From Ranitomeya imitator (lineage: Eukaryota): 64,000 bases of DNA. Below, piece by piece: positions 12,701-23,549 of the stretch; the stretch's first letter is position 1; every line of letters begins with the position of its first letter. A program made the position numbers and the translations under genes. The notes beneath the pieces are model-generated. The model saw only the letters and a program-made list of their open reading frames with translations. It ran no database searches and had not been told where the DNA came from. The stretch spans positions 499,038,001 through 499,102,000 of the forward strand of contig NC_091283.1 in NCBI RefSeq assembly GCF_032444005.1, read 5' to 3'.

Positions 12701-13082
12701 GTGGTTAGGCGGTGGCTTGGAGGACACGATAACGGCCACTTTCCAGGGATCTCCTTGTTTCACCACCAACTGGACGGCCTCTGGTGGTATCAGCTTTTCT
12801 GGCATACCCATTATTTGTGCTACTTTACTTCTGGGTGGGAGCGTGAGATTGTCCTCTCCTAGGTTGACACATCGCACCGGTAAATTACCATCGTGAACGG
12901 TGGCTAACGTCCATGCAATGAGGAGCCCTAGAGGTAGTTAATCCATTAAAGCTGGCTCTATGTGGACTTCTACCCCTTAAAGGGATGTACAGGCTCAGAT
13001 GGGCAGAGTGAGCACAGTCTGACCTGGTGGTAAAACGAGGTTGGCAGCAGCCGGGACAACCATCTTACCCAATACTTTTCCT

Positions 13083-14475
13083 TCATTTGACGTCTCCTGG
13101 GCCTGGGCAACCCGTATTAACTGTTGGAACACTTTTCTCTGGGGAATGTGAGGGCTCCATCAATTTAGAAACACATCTGATCAGGATGTTCACGAGTTCT
13201 TTCAACACGTTCATTCCTAAAGTCACAGTGGGGCCATTGCCAGGGTTCCCGGCAGATAACATGACTCCTTTCTGGCTCACATCTTTGCCACACACAGTGA
13301 TTTGCATCCAGACCACCCCTGCAACTGGGATGGCTACCTGATTGGCTGCTGTCAATTTGATCACTTGGCCCCATTCAAACCGCATCACCTCAGGGAAATT
13401 ATTTCTGAAATAAGTCTCGGGCATAGTGGTCACTTGGGAGCCGGTATCAACTAAACAGTGGATGGCCCAACCATCCATTTTGGCCCATACGAGAGGACTC
13501 AGAGAAACCAAACTTGTGGGACTTCCTTCTTTCCTTCTTGGCTGCTCAGGCTCCGGTCAGCGTCCCCCAGCCACGGAGCCCACTAGTTTAATGCATGGTG
13601 GTTGAGAGGCCTCCCCCACGACGCGCATCCTCAGGCTTAATGTCCAGTGTCTCCACATACGAAACAAATCAGCCACCTTTCTGCCTGAGGTTGTCTTGTT
13701 TCCTGACGAGGCTCTGGATCAGTTCTGTCTCTGGAGGGGTTCAGGGTTACAGGAGGTTTCTTCCTTAAGTCGGACCATTCTTCTCGCATGTTCTGGATTT
13801 CCTTCTGGATTTCTCTCACCCAGCTTGGTTCAGTTGCAAGTGGAACAGATACCACCCCGCTCCAGACCTTCCCTGCTTGGGCTGTCATCCCCTGCCTCTG
13901 CTCAAGTGCGCCCGCTTCCGCCCCAACTTCTAGGAAAGACATACGCGGATTAACTCGCTAGTGCTCCACCAAGGCCTGTATAAGCAGCGTATCTCTAAAG
14001 CATGCCACTAGCTGGTCTCTCCAAATTACATCAGGAGGCCCTACACCTACGTCATCCCACTTAGCGATTGCAGCGTGGATCACCTGCAGTGCGTTCATGT
14101 ATTGCGTCACAGACTCCCCCTCCCTTTGGACACAACTAAACAAGCGCATGCGCAATTCACCGATGTCCATGGGGTCCCAGTGCATCTCCTCTAGGATTTG
14201 TAACACCTTGTGAAAGTGTTTCGCTCATGCGGGGGCCGGAACATGATGGAGACCTTTGACTCTGTGTCCAGGGCCATCATGGCAATCGATGCCTGCATCG
14301 CGGGGGTCATGGGGTGCATTCTCAACATACCCTTGACCAGCTCAGTCCAGCCCCTTAGCAAAGAATTGCTTCCTGTGAACTTTGGGAGGTTGCTAAGCAT
14401 TGCCCCCAGATATAAACTGGCCCTTGGGACACCCACGACCGCTTGGTCTGGCACCTCTGTGCTTATGGACTGCAT
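13083..14475 (-). pseudogene. Gypsy gag and aspartic protease remnants
   Basis: ORFs 14191-14475, 13958-14206 and 13637-13942 (zinc-knuckle remnant), plus 13083-13511 (LVDTGSQVTT ... ILGMN-like motif). Confidence 0.85.
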
Positions 14476-14491
14476 CCTGCTGACTATGCCA
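14474..14491 (-). other. Primer-binding site complementary to the tRNA-Ser 3' end
   Basis: Reverse complement is TGGCATAGTCAGCAGGAT versus the expected TGGCGTAGTCGGCAGGAT (two CpG-type changes), 2 nt from the LTR end. Confidence 0.8.
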
Positions 14492-15309
14492 AGTGTAACA
14501 AGGTTGGGGGAGCAGTGACAGGCAGAGCAAGGGTTAACAAATTGAACAGTTTAATTTTAACAAGGGATTTACTCCTCGCAGGGAGATGGAGGGTTAAAGG
14601 GAATCTGTCACCTAATTTTTCGCATATAAACTGCGGCCACCGCCTTTAGGTGCCTCTCCGACCTTTCCCCACACCTGTGCACTGCAGTATTTTGCTCTGC
14701 CCTCAACAGAGCAGAGAATTACGCCTGCGCAGTAGCCGCAGCAGAAGCAAGGAAGAGGACGTCATCTCATTCCTTCCCCTGATAAGAGGGAAGACAGCCT
14801 CAACGGTTCCAGAGCCAGCGCAGAACAGGTACCAGCAGCCCAATCTTCCTCCTTACACTAGTATATTTTTTGCCTTGAAATGTGCATAATAATAATTTCA
14901 GGGCCCCATAGTGACTAAAAGCAGTCTACACTATTCTCCTATAGCGGCGCCATCTCTCGGATGTTGGATTTTCTATTCTCGGTGGGTCACGTGTCATTGT
15001 GGGGTCATGGTGACTGATGCACCCAATCGATAATCCATAAGAGCAGATGTTCACTCAGACAAAATAGTAATGGCTGCTTCCAATCTATGAAAGCTGATTG
15101 GCTGCTGTAGTCAAATGACGGAACAATGTTACGTGACCTGCTGGGAATTGCAGTCCCAACATTGGAGGAATGACACTGTTGTAGGAGATGAGGATATATT
15201 GTTTTTATTTTCTATGTGACCTGAAGTGATTAAGCAGGGGTTGTCCAGTAGAGCCAAAGCAATTATGACTAAACTAGACAGTTTTTTGTTTTAGTTATCC
15301 TAGTTTAAT

Positions 15310-16090
15310 ACAGCACTATGCAAAAATGTAAGGTATGTGTGGAAAAATGTTGCAAACTTTGATTGCTTCCAAAAATAGAAATGTTAATAGTTTATTTTTT
15401 AGCAATTAAAATGCCGAGTGAATTAACAGAAGTGGAATCTAAATTTGATCAAATCATTATTTGGTGTGATCTGCCTTTGCCTTGAAAACAGCATAAAATC
15501 AAATTCTTCTAGGTACACTTGCACCTAGTTTTTGAAGGAACTCGGCATGGAGGTTGTTTCAAACATCTTAGCGGACTTACCACAAATCTTTTGTAGATGT
15601 AGGCTTCCACAAAACCTTCCGTCTAATCCCAAACAGACTTGATGATTGTGAGATCAGGCTTCTTTGTGGGCCATATCATCATTTCCAGGACTCCTTGTTC
15701 TTCCTCATACTAAAGATTGTTTTTAATGACAATGTTTCTATCTTTGGTCTCTTTCTCCTACTCCAGACTAAATTTGGTCCCACAATTCCATGGTAAGTCT
15801 GACCCGTGGGGCAGTGGGTCCGCAAACCCACAAGCATGACATTGATGTCCTTAAGAACTATCTTCCCATAAAGAAGAACAAGGAGTCCAGGAATTGATGA
15901 TATGGCTCCCACAGTTCCCATATCATTACAGGGTGTCTATCTGGGAATACATGAAGACATAGAAGGATTTGCGCATGCTACATTTAGAAAAGATCTTTGG
16001 TCAGTTCTTGAAGATGTTTGGAACAACTAAGTTCCTGTAAAAACTATGTGAAATTGTAACAACTATGAGAATTGATGCTTTGAAGATGTT
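15310..16090 (-). mobile_element. Decayed Tc1/mariner element remnant
   Basis: Reverse strand 15628-15673 encodes WPTKKPDLTIIKSVW, resembling the Tc1 WPxxSPDLNxIExxW motif. Boundaries approximate. Confidence 0.6.
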
Positions 16091-16506
16091 CTGAAGGCAA
16101 ACCACTCCAAATATTGATTTGTGTGACACTAGTCACTTCTCATGGCCAAGCCTGTGAGTCAGAATAGTCAAGGAGTCCAAGGTCAGAAGCCAAGAGGTTA
16201 CGTCATAAACAGAAGAAAGAGACAAAAGCTTTGTCAGGCAACATCCTGAGGTCAGAATACCAGGAAGATAATGGATCAGAGCTGATGTTAATCAGATTGA
16301 TGTCAGAACGAAGTCCAAGGTCAGACAACAAAAAATCAAGCAGACAGAACTCAAGGCACAGGGAGCACAAACCTCACTGGCTGAATGCATGTCTGGCAGA
16401 GGTGTTGTGAATTCTGTGGCTGAGTTCACTTCTGTGGTCACAAGTGGTATTGCAGTCTCTGGGCTTCCTCCCTCAGGTGTTTTGGTGAGCTCGTTGGCTG
16501 CCTTGC

Positions 16507-16545
16507 TATTTAGCTCCACCTGAGTCTGTCTTCCTTGCTCCTTGT
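16507..16545 (+). promoter_or_regulatory. LTR TATA-like box (TATTTA, 16507) and predicted transcript start / self-primer GCTCCTTGT (16537-16545)
   Basis: 30-nt spacing. GCTCCTTGT is the exact reverse complement of ACAAGGAGC at 17153-17161, just inside the LTR end. Confidence 0.7.
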
Positions 16546-17281
16546 CAATGTTCCAGTGTTGGATCTGAGCTACTGCATCTTTCCTTGGGCCTGCTGCTCT
16601 GCTAGATAAGTGCTTCTAGTTTGTTTTCTGTTTTTTCTGTCCAGCTTGTTATTATCTTTTGCTGGAAGCTCTGAGAAGCAAAGGGGTGCACCGCCGTGCT
16701 GTTAGTTCGGCACGGTGGGTCTTTTTGCCCCTTTGCGTGGTTTTCGTTTTAGGGTTTTTTGTAGACTGCATAGTTCTCTTTGCTATCCTCGCTCTGTCTA
16801 GAATATCGGGCCTCACTTTGCTGAATCTATTTCATTCCTACGTTTGTCTTTTCATCTTGCTAACAGTCATTATATGTGGGGGCTGCCTATTCCTTTGGGG
16901 TATTTCTCTGAGGTAAGTCAGGCTTGTATTTCTATCTTCAGGCTAGTCAGCTCCTCAGGCAGTGCCGAGTTGCATAGGTAGTTGATAGGCGCAATCCACT
17001 GCTGCTTCCAGTTGTGTGAGGATAGATCAGGTACTGCAGTCTACAGAGATTCCACGTCTCAGAGCTCGTCCTATTGTTTTGGGTTATTTCCAGATCTCTG
17101 TATGTGCGCTGATTACTGCACGCTGTGTTGCCTGATTGCCAGCCATAACAGTACAAGGAGCCATTCAATGATTTCCAATAGAGGGAAAAAAGAAATCCTG
17201 ACATCATTTTTTTTTCTTAGCTCTGTCTTCAGTCTTTTTTTTCCCCTAGACATTAGAGTGCTTCAGGACACAGCTGTGGAC

Positions 17282-20200
17282 ATGGATATTCAGGCTCTGT
17301 GCTCCTCAATGGATAATCTCGTTGTAAATGTACAAAAGATTCAAGATACTATTGATCAGAAATCGATGCTAGAACCAAGAATTCCGATTCCTGATTTGTT
17401 TTTTGGTGACAGAACTAAGTTCCTGAGCTTCAGAAATAATTGTAAGCTATTTTTGGCCTTGAAACCTCATTCTTCTGGTAATCCTATTCAACAGGTTTTG
17501 ATTATTATTTCTTTTTTGCGCGGCGACCCACAGGACTGGGCGTTTTCTCTTGCACCAGGAGATTCTGCATTGAGTAATGTTGATGCATTTTTCCAGGCGC
17601 TGGGATTGCTTTACGATGAGCCTAATTCAGTGGATCAAGCTGAGAAAAATCTGCTGGCTTTATGCCAGGGTCAGGATGATGTAGAAGTATATTGTCAGAA
17701 ATTTAGAAAATGGTCAGTACTCACTCTGTGGAATGAATCTGCACTAGCGGCTTTGTTCAGAAAGGGTCTCTCTGAAGCTCTTAAGGATGTAATGGTGGGA
17801 TTTCCTATGCCTACTGGTTTGAATGAGTCTATGTCCTTGGCCATTCAGATCGGTCGTCGCTTGCGCGAGCGTAAATCTGTGCACCATCTGGCGGTATTGT
17901 CTGAGAGTAAGCCTGAGCCTATGCAGTGCGACAGGACTATGACTAAAGTAGAACGGCACGAACACAGACGTCTGAACAGACTGTGTTTCTATTGTGGTGA
18001 TTCTACTCATGCTATTTCTAATTGTCCTAAACGCACTAGGCGGTTCGATAGCTCTGCCGTTATTGGTACTGTACAGTCCAAATTCCTTTTGTCCATTACC
18101 TTAATGTGCTCTTTGTCATCATATTCTGTCATGGCGTTTGTGGATTCAGGCGCTGCCCTGAATCTGATGGATTTGGATTATGCTAAACGTTGTGGATTTT
18201 TCTTGGAGCCTTTGCGGTGTCCTATTCCGTTGAGAGGAATTGATGCTACACCTCTGGCCAAGAATAAGCCTCAGTACTGGGCCCAGCTGACCATGTGCAT
18301 GGCTCCTGCACATCAGGAAGTTATTCGCTTTTTGGTACTGCATAATTTGCATGATGTGGTCGTGTTGGGGTTGCCATGGCTACAAACCCATAATCCAGTA
18401 TTGGATTGGAACTCTATGTCGGTAACCAGCTGGGGTTGTCAGGGAGTACATGGTGATGTTCCATTTTTGTCTATTTCGTCATCCATTCCTTCTGACATCC
18501 CAGAGTTCTTGTCGGACTTTCAGGATGTATTTGAAGAGTCCAAGTCTGATGCCCTTCCTCCGCATAGGAATTGTGATTGTGCTATCGATTTGATTCCTGG
18601 TAGTAAATTCCCTAAGGGTCGTTTATTTAATTTGTCCGTACCTGAGCACACCGCTATGCGCAGTTATGTGAAGGAGTCCCTGGAGAAGGGACATATTCGC
18701 CCATCGTCGTCACCATTGGGAGCAGGGTTCTTTTTTGTAGCCAAGAAGGATGGTTCGCTAAGACCGTGTATTGATTACCGCCTTCTTAATAAGATCACTG
18801 TTAAGTTTCAGTATCCCTTGCCATTGATTTCTGACTTGTTTGCTCGGATTAAGGGGGCTAGTTGGTTTACTAAGATTGATCTTCGTGGTGCGTATAATCT
18901 GGTGAGAATCAGGCAGGGAGATGAATGGAAAACGGCATTTAATACGCCCGAGGGTCATTTTGAGTATCTGGTGATGCCGTTCGGACTTGCCAATGCTCCA
19001 TCTGTTTTTCAGTCTTTTATGCATGACATTTTCCGTGAGTATCTGGATAAATTCTTGATTGTTTACTTGGATGACATTTTGATCTTCTCAGATGATTGGG
19101 AGTCTCATGTGAAGCAAGTCAGAATGGTTTTCCAGGTACTGCGTGCTAATTCCTTGTTCGTGAAGGGATCAAAGTGTCTCTTCGGTGTGCAGAAAGTTTC
19201 ATTTTTGGGGTTCATCTTTTCCCCTTCTACTATCGAGATGGATCCGGTTAAGGTTCAGGCCATCCAGGATTGGACTCAGCCGACATCTCTAAAAAGTTTG
19301 CAGAAATTCCTGGGCTTTGCTAATTTTTATCGTCGCTTCATCTGTAATTTTTCTAGCATTGCCAGACCATTGACCGATTTGACCAAGAAGGGTGCTGATT
19401 TGGTTAATTGGTCTTCTGCTGCCGTGGAGGCTTTTCAGGAGTTGAAGCGTCGTTTTTGCTGTGCCCCTGTGTTGTGTCAACCTGATGTTTCTCTTCCGTT
19501 CCAGGTCGAGGTTGATGCTTCTGAGATTGGTGCAGGGGCGGTTTTGTCACAGAGAGGTTCTGGTTGCTCAGTGTTCAAACCATGTGCTTTCTTTTCCAGG
19601 AAATTTTCTGCTGCTGAGCGTAATTATGATGTGGGCAACCGAGAGTTGCTGGCCTTGAAGTGGGCATTCGAGGAGTGGCGTCATTGGCTTGAGGGTGCTA
19701 AGCATCGCGTGGTGGTTTTGACTGATCATAAGAACCTTACTTATCTTGAGTCTGCCAAGCGCTTGAATCCTAGACAGGCCCGTTGGTCGTTATTTTTTGC
19801 TCGTTTTGATTTTGTGATTTCATACCTTCCGGGCTCTAAAAATGTGAAGGCGGATGCTCTGTCTAGGAGTTTTGTGCCCGACTCTCCGGGGTTATCTGAG
19901 CCGGCGAGTATCCTCAAGGAAGGAGTCATTGTGTCTGCTATCTCCCCTGATTTGCGGAGAGTGTTGCAGAAATTTCAGGCTAATAAACCTGATCGTTGTC
20001 CGGCCGAGAAACTGTTCGTCCCTGATAGGTGGACTAGTAAAGTTATCTCTGAACTTCATTGTTCGGTGCTGGCCGGTCATCCAGGAATCTTTGGTACCAG
20101 GGAGTTGGTTGCTAGATCCTTCTGGTGGCCATCTCTGTCACGGGATGTGCGTGCTTTTGTGCAGTCCTGTGGAATTTGTGCTAGGGCTAAGCCCTGCTGT

Positions 20201-21463
20201 TCACGTGCCAGTGGGTTGCTTTTGCCCTTGCCGGTCCCGAAGAGGCCTTGGACACATATTTCGATGGATTTCATTTCTGACCTTCCCGTTTCTCAAAAGA
20301 TGTCTGTCATTTGGGTGGTCTGTGATCGCTTTTCTAAAATGGTCCATCTGGTGCCCTTGGTTAAATTGCCTTCCTCCTCTGATTTGGTGCCTTTGTTCTT
20401 CCAGCATGTGGTTCGTTTACATGGCATTCCTGAGAATATTGTTTCTGACAGAGGTTCCCAGTTTGTCTCGAGGTTCTGGCGAGCCTTTTGTGGTAGGATG
20501 GGCATTGACCTATCTTTTTCCTCGGCCTTCCATCCTCAGACTAATGGCCAGACCGAACGAACCAATCAGACCTTGGAAACATATCTGAGATGTTTTGTTT
20601 CCGCTGACCAGGATGATTGGGTGTCATTTTTGCCGTTGGCTGAGTTCGCCCTTAATAATCGGGCCAGCTCGGCTACCTTGGTCTCTCCATTTTTCTGCAA
20701 TTCTGGGTTCCATCCTCGTTTCTCTTCAGGACAGGTTGAGTCTTCGGACTGTCCTGGTGTGGATTATGTGGTGGACAGGTTGCAGCAGATCTGGACTCAG
20801 GTAGTGGACAATTTGACCTTGTCCCAGGAGAAGGCTCAGCTTTTCGCTAATCGCAGACGCCGTGTGGGACCCCGACTTCGTGTTGGGGATCTGGTTTGGT
20901 TATCTTCTCGTCATATACCTATGAAGGTTTCCTCTCCTAAATTTAAACCTCGTTTTATTGGTCCGTATAGGATTTCTGAGATTCTCAATCCGGTGTCTTT
21001 TCGTCTGACCCTCCCAGACTCCTTTTCCATACATAATGTATTCCATAGGTCGTTGTTGAGGAGATACGTGGCACCTATGGTTCCATCTGTGGAGCCTCCT
21101 GCCCCTGTTTTGGTGGAGGGGGAATTGGAGTATATTGTGGAGAAGATTTTGGATTCTCATGTCTCTAGACGGAAACTCCAGTATCTGGTCAAATGGAAGG
21201 GTTATGCTCAGGAAGATAATTCCTGGGTTTTTGCCTCTGATGTCCATGCCCCAGATCTTGTTCGTGCCTTTCATGTGGCTCATCCTGGTCGGCCTGGGGG
21301 TTCTGGTGAGGGTTCGGTGACCCCTCCTCAAGGGGGGGGTACTGTTGTGAATTCTGTGGCTGAGTTCACTTCTGTGGTCACAAGTGGTATTGCAGTCTCT
21401 GGGCTTCCTCCCTCAGGTGTTTTGGTGAGCTCGTTGGCTGCCTTGCTATTTAGCTCCACCTGA
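17282..21463 (+). CDS. Gag-Pol polyprotein (Gag, CCHC knuckle, protease, RT, RNase H, integrase, chromodomain), ~1393 aa
   Basis: Motifs CFYCGDSTHAISNC; AFVDSGA; IVYLDDILI; VDASEIG..DHKNL..DALSR; HHCC then MDF..SDRG..ERTN; chromodomain YIVEKILDS..YLVKWKGY. The frame is open from 16982; the ATG at 17282 (MDIQAL) is the likely start. Confidence 0.95.
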   Translation: MDIQALCSSMDNLVVNVQKIQDTIDQKSMLEPRIPIPDLFFGDRTKFLSFRNNCKLFLALKPHSSGNPIQQVLIIISFLRGDPQDWAFSLAPGDSALSNVDAFFQALGLLYDEPNSVDQAEKNLLALCQGQDDVEVYCQKFRKWSVLTLWNESALAALFRKGLSEALKDVMVGFPMPTGLNESMSLAIQIGRRLRERKSVHHLAVLSESKPEPMQCDRTMTKVERHEHRRLNRLCFYCGDSTHAISNCPKRTRRFDSSAVIGTVQSKFLLSITLMCSLSSYSVMAFVDSGAALNLMDLDYAKRCGFFLEPLRCPIPLRGIDATPLAKNKPQYWAQLTMCMAPAHQEVIRFLVLHNLHDVVVLGLPWLQTHNPVLDWNSMSVTSWGCQGVHGDVPFLSISSSIPSDIPEFLSDFQDVFEESKSDALPPHRNCDCAIDLIPGSKFPKGRLFNLSVPEHTAMRSYVKESLEKGHIRPSSSPLGAGFFFVAKKDGSLRPCIDYRLLNKITVKFQYPLPLISDLFARIKGASWFTKIDLRGAYNLVRIRQGDEWKTAFNTPEGHFEYLVMPFGLANAPSVFQSFMHDIFREYLDKFLIVYLDDILIFSDDWESHVKQVRMVFQVLRANSLFVKGSKCLFGVQKVSFLGFIFSPSTIEMDPVKVQAIQDWTQPTSLKSLQKFLGFANFYRRFICNFSSIARPLTDLTKKGADLVNWSSAAVEAFQELKRRFCCAPVLCQPDVSLPFQVEVDASEIGAGAVLSQRGSGCSVFKPCAFFSRKFSAAERNYDVGNRELLALKWAFEEWRHWLEGAKHRVVVLTDHKNLTYLESAKRLNPRQARWSLFFARFDFVISYLPGSKNVKADALSRSFVPDSPGLSEPASILKEGVIVSAISPDLRRVLQKFQANKPDRCPAEKLFVPDRWTSKVISELHCSVLAGHPGIFGTRELVARSFWWPSLSRDVRAFVQSCGICARAKPCCSRASGLLLPLPVPKRPWTHISMDFISDLPVSQKMSVIWVVCDRFSKMVHLVPLVKLPSSSDLVPLFFQHVVRLHGIPENIVSDRGSQFVSRFWRAFCGRMGIDLSFSSAFHPQTNGQTERTNQTLETYLRCFVSADQDDWVSFLPLAEFALNNRASSATLVSPFFCNSGFHPRFSSGQVESSDCPGVDYVVDRLQQIWTQVVDNLTLSQEKAQLFANRRRRVGPRLRVGDLVWLSSRHIPMKVSSPKFKPRFIGPYRISEILNPVSFRLTLPDSFSIHNVFHRSLLRRYVAPMVPSVEPPAPVLVEGELEYIVEKILDSHVSRRKLQYLVKWKGYAQEDNSWVFASDVHAPDLVRAFHVAHPGRPGGSGEGSVTPPQGGGTVVNSVAEFTSVVTSGIAVSGLPPSGVLVSSLAALLFSST

Positions 21464-23510
21464 GTCTGTCTTCCTTGCTCCTTGTCAATGTTCCAGTGTT
21501 GGATCTGAGCTACTGCATCTTTCCTTGGGCCTGCTGCTCTGCTAGATAAGTGCTTCTAGTTTGTTTTCTGTTTTTTCTGTCCAGCTTGTTATTATCTTTT
21601 GCTGGAAGCTCTGAGAAGCAAAGGGGTGCACCGCCGTGCTGTTAGTTCGGCACGGTGGGTCTTTTTGCCCCTTTGCGTGGTTTTCGTTTTAGGGTTTTTT
21701 GTAGACTGCATAGTTCTCTTTGCTATCCTCGCTCTGTCTAGAATATCGGGCCTCACTTTGCTGAATCTATTTCATTCCTACGTTTGTCTTTTCATCTTGC
21801 TAACAGTCATTATATGTGGGGGCTGCCTATTCCTTTGGGGTATTTCTCTGAGGTAAGTCAGGCTTGTATTTCTATCTTCAGGCTAGTCAGCTCCTCAGGC
21901 AGTGCCGAGTTGCATAGGTAGTTGATAGGCGCAATCCACTGCTGCTTCCAGTTGTGTGAGGATAGATCAGGTACTGCAGTCTACAGAGATTCCACGTCTC
22001 AGAGCTCGTCCTATTGTTTTGGGTTATTTCCAGATCTCTGTATGTGCGCTGATTACTGCACGCTGTGTTGCCTGATTGCCAGCCATAACACAGAGGTCTG
22101 GAAGAAACAGCTCAGTTAAGTAGCATGGCAGTCACCTGGGATAATGAACACTTGGAGATAGCCAACGCCTCCCAGTCTCAGATTGGATAGTCAATCAACA
22201 CAGTTACAACTCAGAAAGCCCCTACACCAAACAGGAAGGCTGAGCTGTCAATCAAAGTACTGACAGCTTCAGCACACCCCTATACAGATTGGATGGCCGA
22301 GTTGTCAGTAACTGCATCCAAGACACACTGAGGGGCGGAACCCAGACAATTTGATTTAGATTTCTCTTCTCTTCATTCAAGATTGCAGCTTTTTTTCCAC
22401 ACCTGCCTAAAACTTTTGCACAAATTTACTTTCCAATTGCTTCCTCCATTCTGTAGCGATTATGATCATATTTCAAGGCTTTCATAGTTTCTAGCAAGTT
22501 AGCTAACAGAAATATGCCTTTTATGGAAAAACCCCAAATGATATCTAATTTAGAAAGCCCTTAGTATAAAATCCAATGATCAGATTCTACGCTTATGGAG
22601 GAGAAAAGTGTTTCTTGATCAGTTGTTTAGACAATCAGTCTACTCACGTTAATGGGCACAATGCAATAATAGATTTCCCCTGTGGAGGCATTGCAGAGGA
22701 ATTGAACACTTACTACAAGGATCTCCTTCACATTACAGCTGATTGTTGATCCAATATCCAATATTATGTTTTTCTTTAATTTAACGTATGAACCACACCT
22801 TTGTGTTCTTAGTTTCCACCCATTGTTTATAGAAAAGTTATACAGAGAGTGAGAGAATACACCTCCATATTATCATTAGATATTTTTTTCATACAGTGGT
22901 CCCTTCTCTTTTCATCTCTGCATTTCAAAACAGCCCAAACATTTTCTAAGACCCTTAACTATTTATTTTATTTTATCATCAATGGCGCTGTGTCAGGGCT
23001 TCTTTTTAGCAGGACAAGCTGTAGTTCTTAATGATTCCATTTTGAAATACTTATAACTATTTGATGGCTTATAATTTCATTTTTAGGGAAGCGAGGTGAA
23101 TATATAATAGCACTTCTGTTTTTTATGTGTTTTTATATTTTAATAATTTTTTTTTTATATTTTTTTTTTTCGAAAAGTCAGTTTAATAATGCAGTTTGTA
23201 AAGGCAAATTTACATTTTTGATTTAGATTTTCTAATTTTTGTTAATCACTTTTTGAACCCTCTTCTTTTATTTTAGTCCCAGTAAGGGACTTACAGAATG
23301 AGTGTGATATAATAGTCTATGATACATAAGTATTACATTGTATTATATACTCTGTTTTTTCAGTGGAATATTGCAGTTTTGAATAACACAATTCACTTCA
23401 CTTTTCAGAACTGTAAAGAAAATGGATATAGATCTTTTTCATCTTTTTCTCGTTTTTATTTTTCCAGATACTGTTTGATGACTGATTCATGCAGCCTTAC
23501 TTGAAAGCCC

Positions 23511-23512
<2 letters not shown>

Positions 23513-23549
<37 letters not shown>

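Larger units (their letters stand above)
5782..14857 (-). mobile_element. Decayed Ty3/Gypsy LTR retrotransposon (tRNA-Ser primed), interrupted by a hAT element and a solo LTR
   Basis: 5' LTR 14857-14494 (TGTAAGGAG...GTTACA), PBS, gag with CCHC remnant (CFVCGDTGH), protease (VDTGS), RT, partial RNase H, integrase core, PPT 6161-6150 and a truncated 3' LTR 6149-5782. Contains stops, frameshifts and a deletion. Confidence 0.9.
16403..22090 (+). mobile_element. Intact Ty3/Gypsy chromovirus (Tf1/sushi group) LTR retrotransposon, 5688 bp
   Basis: 748-bp LTRs (16403-17150, 21343-22090; TGTTGTG...CATAACA) with no differences noticed by eye. Flanking direct repeat CAGAGG, PPT 21330-21339 and a single uninterrupted gag-pol ORF. 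Confidence 0.97.

Noticed and set aside
16982-17281. First 100 codons of the 1493-aa ORF as true protein
   Set aside because: Starts at a non-ATG codon inside the LTR and crosses the PBS and a polypyrimidine tract. Gag homology begins near ATG 17282 (ATG 17168 remains a possible minor start).
16120-22347. Older LTR-like host surrounding the intact element (16120-16396 plus 22097-22347)
   Set aside because: Composition suggests an old reverse-oriented LTR, but no termini, TSD or second copy could be verified, so it is not listed as a feature.
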